Positions 56,930 to 64,000 of a stretch of DNA of 64,000 nucleotides are shown here, piece after piece. Made by a program: the position numbers and the translations under genes. The first letter of the stretch is position 1; each line of letters begins with the position of its first letter. The stretch is from TPA_inf: Saccharomyces (Eukaryota). The stretch is taken from assembly GCA_000146045.2 (NCBI GenBank), contig BK006944.2:224001-288000 (forward strand). Direction: 5' to 3'. A model generated the notes under the pieces. That model was given only the letters and a program-made list of their open reading frames with translations. It made no database searches and was not told where the DNA came from.

Positions 56930-56995
56930 TATATATATAGATATATATATATATATATGTATCTGTATATATATGTTCATACATATATATATATC
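56930..56995. repeat. (TA)n / (TATG)-interrupted dinucleotide tract in HOT13/RRP14 convergent 3' region
   Basis: atatatatagatatatatatatatatgtatctgtatatatatgttcatacatatatatatatc. Confidence 0.75.
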
Positions 56996-57024
56996 TATTA
57001 TTGTTGTTATTATTATCGTGATTA

Positions 57025-58329
57025 TTATTTAGGTCCTCCCTTCTTTTTACCTGTTTTTAATCTACCCTCAAATCCGGCTCTTTTCTTTGGTACGGCACTA
57101 CCGACATACTTTCTTTTCATCTTTTCTTGCTTATTTCTCTTTTTACCCTTGTTGTCTTTCCTAATCCTCAGATTCTCTTCTCTTCTCTTTTGTCTTTCAG
57201 ATATCGTGTCTTCCACAACCCTCTTACGTTCGCTCCATTCAATCGCAGACTTTCTCTTTTGTGCTTCCTTTCTCTTTATAGCTTTGCGAAGTAGTTTTTC
57301 GTCATCCCTAATCTTAATTCCTTCTGCTTGTAACATAGCCTTTTGCCATTTTTCCTTTTCCTTCTGCTTGATTTGTTCTAGTTCGTCTTTCGCCTCCATC
57401 TTATTCTTCTTGGCTTCTAATAACTTTAAGTGTGATTTTACATCATTCTTAGCCGGACCCTTCGTTCTACCAGCTTTTCTTAACCTTTGTAAATCTGAAG
57501 TGGCCCTTGCACCATCATCGAATATGATATTTTGAAACATTACACCATCTGCGTTAATTTCTGAGTCCTTCTTGCCTTTTTTGAATCTTTTTTTCGAATT
57601 GTTTTCTAAATCACTATCGATGTCTTCCATATCGGAATCAGACGCAATTTCATCCTGATCCTGTTCCTGTTCACTTTCTAGACGCTTTCTTTTTTTCAAC
57701 TCTTCCTTGCGTTTCCTTTGAGCAAGAATAGCCTCTCTAGAACCGGGTGCTTTCCTTTTACTCTTCATATCTGAAATTTTCGCTTGTAACTTGGAACGTA
57801 GTGCTTCCAAGTTTTTCTTTCTTTGTAGTTTCTCTTCCTCTGTAATAGACTTCTTTTCGACAGATCTATCGGGCTCTGTAGTATCTTTTTTAGATTCTAA
57901 TGGTATTTCATTTCCCTCATCATCAAAGATCACCTTAATATCCTCTTCCTCTTCTTCATCTTCGTCTGGTGCTATTATCATAGGATCGTTTACTTCTACG
58001 TTCAGGTCGGAGTCTCCTTCCACTTTTGATGTTGCTTCCTTTTGCTTTTGCATTTTCATGTGCTTGAATTTTTCACCAGGTAGGACCACCGGCTTTGCGT
58101 CTTTCTCCTTCTTCTTCATTACTTCTAATGTACTAGATGTTTCATCATCACGTTGCTCCGGGTCTAATTTTTTCAGTTTATCATTTTTACTCTGTTCTTT
58201 GGTTTTCTTCTTGGCCTTCCATTGCTCTTGACTTTTTTCATCATAATAGTATTTTGCAGGAATTAAAGCCAATAAACCATCGAAGGCGCTTGAATTAGCA
58301 CGAAGGCGCTCCTCAAGTGAATTACTCAT
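57025..58329 (-). CDS. RRP14: Nucleolar ribosome biogenesis protein (SURF6 family)
   Basis: 434 aa, highly basic/K-E rich, MSNSLEERLRANSSAFDGLLALIPAKYYYDEKSQEQWKAKKK... Confidence 0.9.
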   Translation of the reverse strand: MSNSLEERLRANSSAFDGLLALIPAKYYYDEKSQEQWKAKKKTKEQSKNDKLKKLDPEQRDDETSSTLEVMKKKEKDAKPVVLPGEKFKHMKMQKQKEATSKVEGDSDLNVEVNDPMIIAPDEDEEEEEDIKVIFDDEGNEIPLESKKDTTEPDRSVEKKSITEEEKLQRKKNLEALRSKLQAKISDMKSKRKAPGSREAILAQRKRKEELKKRKRLESEQEQDQDEIASDSDMEDIDSDLENNSKKRFKKGKKDSEINADGVMFQNIIFDDGARATSDLQRLRKAGRTKGPAKNDVKSHLKLLEAKKNKMEAKDELEQIKQKEKEKWQKAMLQAEGIKIRDDEKLLRKAIKRKEAQKRKSAIEWSERKRVVEDTISERQKRREENLRIRKDNKGKKRNKQEKMKRKYVGSAVPKKRAGFEGRLKTGKKKGGPK

Positions 58330-58890
58330 CTCAGTCTCCTATATCTTTCAATTCCCGGACTTTCTTTATCACTTGCAACAACGTCTCAGTCCTCACTTGT
58401 TATTCATCTCTTGGTCATCTCATCTCTTTTATTGTACTTTCCTCTTTTCTTTACCGGAGATGAGAATAAAAAGAATTCATTTTAAAAAATTTTCAATTTG
58501 GTGTCTGGGTGAAACTTTTTAATCGTGTAATCCCAATTAAACCACTCTACTTTACTTTAATTGGTACACGAACTCATTACACACCTTTGCCTCTATTGCT
58601 TGTGTCAATCGTGTTGAGAGAGGAAGCCCAAAACAAGGGAAATTAACCTCTGTAGGCAAGCCATCACATTTGGCAATAGCAGCCCTCATTTAATTTAATT
58701 CGGCATGTGGCCGGCAGGGTAATGCGCTCTGCTGCTGACAAAATTGAAAGAAAAATTTTTTTCATCAACAGTTTGCAATACTTTCTTTTTCATATTTAAT
58801 TCATCCATTCCGTCGTTAATTTTGTTCAAAACTGGTGTCCATCCTTAATACCAACTCAATTCTTTGATTTTGGCCCTCGATAGATTCAAG

Positions 58891-59095
58891 ATGTCCCAAG
58901 GTACTTTATACATTAATAGATCTCCAAGAAACTACGCTTCTGAAGCTTTGATTTCTTACTTTAAACTAGATGTCAAGATCGTTGATCTAGAACAATCTAG
59001 CGAGTTTGCTTCTTTGTTCCCATTGAAGCAAGCCCCTGCATTTTTGGGTCCAAAGGGCTTAAAGCTAACTGAAGCTTTGGCTATCCAATTTTATT
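58891..59095 (+). CDS. TEF4: Translation elongation factor EF-1 gamma, exon 1
   Basis: MSQGTLYINRSPRNYASEALISYFKLD... (GST-like N-domain) ending at GTATGT 5' splice site at 59096. Confidence 0.9.
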
Positions 59096-59180
59096 GTATG
59101 TTCCATATTTTATTTTAACACTTCCACATACATTGTTTTGCGCGTTTCCCGTTCGTTTATTTGGCACGTCATTTTTCTTC

Positions 59181-59285
59181 GAAACATAATGATGAAAAAA
59201 AATTTTATCAAACAGTTATCCCTGTCTGAATGGGTAATAATAGGTAACCTCTCATATGTTGATATTTGTATTTCTGATATGTTTC
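59181..59285 (+). ncRNA. SNR38: Intron-encoded box C/D snoRNA (snR38; boundaries approximate)
   Basis: C box ATGATGA 59189-59195, D' CTGA 59226-59229, D box CTGA 59274-59277, perfect 8-bp terminal stem gaaacata(59181-88)/tatgtttc(59278-85); lies in TEF4 intron, where snR38 is known to reside. Confidence 0.75.
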
Positions 59286-59366
59286 TTAAAGAAAAATGAA
59301 AGTCAAAATAACAAAAAGGAAGTACAAAGCGTGTCCTAATCCAGGAAAAAATATAAAGGATTGTTT

Positions 59367-59373
59367 TACTAAC
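59367..59373 (+). promoter_or_regulatory. TEF4 intron branch point TACTAAC; 3' splice site TAG at 59419-59421
   Basis: canonical yeast branchpoint 48 nt upstream of 3' AG; joining exon1 t + tg gives Leu codon and reproduces ...QFYLANQVADEKE. Confidence 0.85.
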
Positions 59374-59421
59374 ATTTCTTCAATTAATGGTTGTATAACC
59401 ATCGAGATGATGTATATTTAG

Positions 59422-60455
59422 TGGCTAATCAAGTTGCCGATGAAAAAGAAAGAGCTCGCTTATTAGGTTCCGACGTTATCGAAAAGTCTCAAATCCTTAG
59501 ATGGGCATCTCTAGCTAATTCCGATGTCATGAGCAACATTGCTCGTCCATTCCTTTCTTTCAAAGGTTTGATTCCATACAACAAGAAAGACGTTGATGCT
59601 TGTTTTGTTAAAATCGACAACCTAGCTGCTGTCTTCGATGCTAGATTGAGAGACTACACCTTTGTTGCTACCGAAAACATTTCTCTAGGTGACCTTCATG
59701 CCGCTGGTTCTTGGGCTTTTGGTTTGGCCACTATTTTGGGCCCTGAATGGAGAGCTAAGCATCCTCATTTGATGAGATGGTTCAACACTGTTGCTGCTTC
59801 TCCAATCGTGAAGACTCCATTTGCTGAAGTCAAATTGGCTGAAAAGGCTCTAACCTACACTCCACCAAAGAAGCAAAAGGCTGAAAAGCCAAAGGCCGAA
59901 AAGTCAAAGGCTGAAAAGAAGAAGGACGAAGCTAAGCCAGCAGATGATGCTGCTCCAGCTAAAAAGCCAAAGCACCCATTGGAAGCTTTAGGAAAGTCCA
60001 CATTTGTCTTGGATGACTGGAAGAGAAAGTACTCCAACGACGACACCAGACCAGTTGCTTTGCCATGGTTCTGGGAACACTACAACCCTGAAGAATACTC
60101 CATCTGGAAGGTTGGTTACAAATACAACGACGAACTTACCTTGACTTTCATGTCCAACAACTTGGTCGGTGGTTTTTTCAACAGATTGTCCGCTTCTACT
60201 AAGTACATGTTCGGTTGTTTAGTTGTCTATGGTGAAAACAACAATAATGGTATTGTTGGTGCCGTTATGGTCAGAGGCCAAGATTTCGCTCCAGCCTTTG
60301 ATGTCGCTCCAGACTGGGAATCTTACGAATACACCAAGTTGGACCCAACCAAGGAAGAAGACAAAGAATTTGTCAACAACATGTGGGCTTGGGATAAGCC
60401 TGTTGTTGTCAATGGCGAAGATAAGGAAATTGTTGACGGTAAGGTTTTGAAATAA
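59422..60455 (+). CDS. TEF4: Translation elongation factor EF-1 gamma, exon 2
   Basis: ...LANQVADEKERARLLGSDVIEKSQILRW... through EF1G C-terminal domain; exons total 1239 nt = 412 aa + stop. Confidence 0.9.
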
Positions 60456-61029
60456 TCTCAATAACTCTTCTTCCATATTTTCTTCCCAATATACATAAGA
60501 GTCAAACAAAACGAATTTTCAAAAGAAAAAAGAAAAAAACCCTGAAGTCTACTTCATGATTACCCCATACTTACGCGTGGTTTAATTCTATGTAACGATT
60601 AACGTCCATGTAATCATTATATATATATATATTGTAATAATCTCTCTAATTGAGTATCACAATCTGCTGCGGTTACTCTAACAATATTTTGCATAAACTT
60701 GATTCTTCTCTTCTTATTTCATGTTTCAGTGGGGCATTTTCCATTGTACTTTTGCAACAATAGCGAAAAAAACAATTTTCCGTAAAGAGAAGCGTCAGTC
60801 ATAAACGGTGTATGTTACCCGAACTGGAATGAATTTTATCTTAAGACTGGAAAACAATTTAGGATAGAACTGAAGATAGTGCAACACGTCTGGTGATATC
60901 ATGTGCTTTCAAGCAGGATTTGTCACAGTGCTTTAGAAACACAAACAAAGGAGGTATATAGAAGTTGCAGTTGCTAGAGTTTGTTTTCTTACCTAATTCT
61001 AGATCAATTCTTTTTTCTGAAAAAAAAAA

Positions 61030-62208
61030 ATGGCTACTGCGTTATATACTGCAAACGATTTCATATTAATCTCGTTGCCTCAAAATGCTCAACCTGTTAC
61101 CGCCCCTGGCTCCAAAACTGATTCATGGTTCAATGAGACCTTAATCGGGGGTAGGGCATTTGTTTCTGATTTCAAAATTCCCGAATTCAAAATTGGCTCT
61201 TTAGACACATTGATAGTTGAATCGGAAGAACTGTCTAAAGTAGATAACCAAATTGGGGCTTCTATTGGCAAAATCATTGAAATTCTTCAAGGCCTCAACG
61301 AGACCAGCACCAATGCTTACAGGACTTTACCTATCAATAATATGCCAGTTCCTGAATACTTGGAAAATTTTCAATGGCAAACCAGAAAGTTCAAGTTAGA
61401 TAAGTCTATCAAAGATTTGATAACATTGATTTCTAATGAATCTTCTCAATTAGACGCCGACGTCAGAGCTACTTATGCAAATTACAACAGCGCTAAAACT
61501 AACTTGGCTGCTGCTGAGAGAAAGAAGACGGGTGACCTTTCTGTCAGATCCTTGCATGATATTGTCAAGCCCGAAGACTTCGTTCTTAATTCTGAACATT
61601 TAACTACTGTTCTAGTAGCAGTTCCCAAAAGTTTAAAATCCGATTTCGAAAAATCGTACGAAACTTTATCCAAGAACGTTGTACCAGCATCTGCCAGCGT
61701 GATTGCAGAGGATGCTGAGTATGTTTTGTTCAATGTTCATTTGTTCAAGAAAAACGTTCAAGAATTCACAACAGCTGCTAGAGAGAAGAAATTCATTCCT
61801 CGTGAATTTAACTACTCGGAGGAATTAATTGACCAGTTGAAAAAAGAGCATGACTCTGCTGCCAGTTTAGAACAATCTTTGCGCGTCCAGTTGGTAAGAT
61901 TGGCCAAGACAGCTTATGTCGATGTTTTTATAAATTGGTTCCACATCAAGGCCTTGAGAGTTTACGTGGAATCTGTTTTGCGTTACGGGTTGCCACCTCA
62001 CTTTAACATCAAGATTATAGCTGTCCCACCAAAGAATCTCTCTAAATGCAAGTCTGAATTAATTGATGCTTTTGGATTTCTTGGTGGCAATGCCTTCATG
62101 AAGGATAAAAAAGGGAAAATTAACAAGCAAGATACTTCTCTTCACCAATATGCTTCTCTTGTCGACACAGAGTATGAACCATTTGTGATGTATATAATCA
62201 ATTTATAA
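61030..62208 (+). CDS. VMA5: V-type H+-ATPase V1 subunit C
   Basis: 392 aa MATALYTANDFILISLPQNAQPVTAPGSKTDSWFNETLIGG... Confidence 0.95.
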   Translation: MATALYTANDFILISLPQNAQPVTAPGSKTDSWFNETLIGGRAFVSDFKIPEFKIGSLDTLIVESEELSKVDNQIGASIGKIIEILQGLNETSTNAYRTLPINNMPVPEYLENFQWQTRKFKLDKSIKDLITLISNESSQLDADVRATYANYNSAKTNLAAAERKKTGDLSVRSLHDIVKPEDFVLNSEHLTTVLVAVPKSLKSDFEKSYETLSKNVVPASASVIAEDAEYVLFNVHLFKKNVQEFTTAAREKKFIPREFNYSEELIDQLKKEHDSAASLEQSLRVQLVRLAKTAYVDVFINWFHIKALRVYVESVLRYGLPPHFNIKIIAVPPKNLSKCKSELIDAFGFLGGNAFMKDKKGKINKQDTSLHQYASLVDTEYEPFVMYIINL

Positions 62209-62603
62209 TCGATTTATAATACTAACTTAGATTAATATATATTTCTGTTTTTTTTTTAGAATTTTCAACTTTTTTATTCATAGAGATAATACACTGTGAT
62301 TGTGAATGTTTGAATAGTAATGGAACATAATCCGATAAAATATGCTTTTGATGAACGATTAGACATTTTTCAATTTTGTCGTTGAGTTCCAATCCTTCCT
62401 TATTTATGGTTAACAAGGAAAGAGGTGGAAGTTAAAAAAATGGAAATTAAAAAAAAAAAAAAATCAAAAAAAGAAAAATAAAAATAGAAAAATTGGCACG
62501 GAAATCTACAGGATTTAGCACTAGTAGGGGGTTTATTAAGCACTACAGGTCGACTTTAAACCAGAAAAAATTATCATTCAGGGTAGGTGCAAACTTGTTA
62601 AAA

Positions 62604-64000
62604 TGCACTGGAATATAATTTCGAAAGAGCAAAGTAGCTCTTCTGTATCGTTACCAACTCTAGACAGCAGTGAACCCTGTCACATCGAAGTTATCCTCAG
62701 GGCGATACCCGAAAAAGGATTACAAAACAATGAGTCGACCTTCAAAATAGACCCATATGAAAATACTGTGCTATTTCGCACAAACAATCCGTTACATGAG
62801 ACAACCAAGGAGACCCATTCAACATTTCAATTCGATAAGGTATTCGATGCTAACGCCACTCAAGAAGATGTTCAGAAATTTCTGGTGCATCCAATAATAA
62901 ATGATGTTTTGAATGGTTATAACGGTACTGTAATAACATATGGACCAAGTTTCAGCGGAAAGTCCTATTCCCTTATTGGATCAAAAGAAAGCGAAGGAAT
63001 TCTACCGAACATATGCAAGACCTTGTTTGATACGCTAGAAAAAAATGAAGAAACAAAGGGAGATAGTTTTAGCGTAAGTGTTTTGGCATTCGAAATATAT
63101 ATGGAGAAAACGTATGACTTATTGGTACCTTTACCTGAAAGAAAACCATTAAAGCTTCACCGTTCTTCAAGCAAAATGGACTTAGAAATCAAAGATATTT
63201 GTCCGGCACATGTCGGATCGTATGAAGACTTAAGAAGCTACATTCAGGCAGTCCAAAACGTCGGCAATAGGATGGCATGTGGCGACAAGACAGAGAGATC
63301 AAGATCACACCTAGTTTTTCAATTACACGTAGAACAAAGGAATAGAAAAGATGATATATTAAAAAATAGTTCTTTATATCTGGTTGATTTACACGGGGCA
63401 GAGAAGTTCGATAAAAGAACTGAAAGTACGCTATCACAAGATGCGTTAAAAAAATTAAACCAATCTATTGAGGCGTTGAAAAACACTGTGCGGTCCTTGT
63501 CAATGAAAGAGCGTGATTCAGCCTACAGCGCAAAAGGATCACATAGTTCTGCTTACCGTGAATCGCAATTAACTGAAGTGTTAAAAGATTCCCTTGGGGG
63601 AAATAGGAAAACAAAGGTGATATTGACATGTTTCTTAAGTAATGTTCCAACTACCCTATCAACACTAGAATTTGGTGACAGTATTAGACAGATCAATAAC
63701 AAGGTTACAGATAACACCACAGGTTTAAATCTGAAAAAAAAAATGGATCTATTTATTCAGGACATGAAAATTAAGGATGATAATTATGTTGCCCAAATTA
63801 ATATACTAAAGGCTGAAATAGACTCTTTAAAAAGCCTTCACAATAAATCTCTTCCCGAAGACGACGAGAAAAAAATGTTAGAAAATACAAAGAAAGAAAA
63901 TATCAAACTAAAGCTTCAATTAGACAGTATTACCCAATTATTGAGTAGTTCTACCAATGAAGATCCTAACAATCGTATTGACGAAGAAGTTTCTGAAATA
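62604..64000 (+). CDS. SMY1: Kinesin-like protein Smy1, N-terminal motor-like domain; gene continues past window end
   Basis: MHWNIISKEQSSSSVSLPTLDSSEPCHIEVILRAIPEKGLQNN...GPSFSGKSYSL (P-loop)...; open to end of window. Confidence 0.88.

Noticed and set aside
56738-57535. 265-aa + strand ORF overlapping HOT13 3' end and RRP14 (YKL083W-like)
   Set aside because: It is antisense to the lysine/glutamate-rich RRP14 coding sequence, its low-complexity Leu/Phe/Ser product is an artefact of AAG/GAA-rich antisense, and it overlaps the TA microsatellite.

Overview
This window is a gene-dense 64 kb stretch of Saccharomyces cerevisiae nuclear chromosome XI, left arm, running from YKL114C (APN1, partial) to YKL079W (SMY1, partial). 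Gene order, strands and protein sequences match the S288C reference as I recall it. The ordered list is APN1(3' part), RAD27, ABF1, KTI12, HAP4, SLD2, YKL107W (SDR), AAT1, SEG2, GFA1, APE1/LAP4, HSL1, YPF1, UTP11, MTC2, CWP2, CWP1, YJU2, YJU3, MBR1, BUD2, SFH1 (YKL091C), CUE2, MIF2, CAB3, CYT2, SRX1, MDH1, HOT13, RRP14, TEF4 (one intron), VMA5 and SMY1(5' part). The only spliced gene is TEF4, and its intron carries a box C/D snoRNA (snR38) that I can read directly from the C and D boxes and the terminal stem. I found no tRNA, Ty/LTR element, CRISPR-like array or prokaryote-type gene cluster, and I see no evidence for a previously undescribed biological system; this looks like ordinary, well-characterised yeast core chromosome. 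Several features are still worth a second look. Three to four GC-rich islands sit in an otherwise AT-rich context: upstream of HAP4, upstream of CWP2 and CWP1, and over the SRX1 3' half into the MDH1 promoter. There are MCB, PAC/RRPE, Yap1 and CCAAT promoter motifs that fit the known biology of the adjacent genes. There are also a tandem ACS match, homopolymer and microsatellite tracts, and coding low-complexity repeats (SEG2 poly-Asp, CAB3 acidic tail). Several ORFs in the supplied track begin at TTG or GTG codons and overshoot the real ATG; I trimmed those to the ATG that gives the known protein length.
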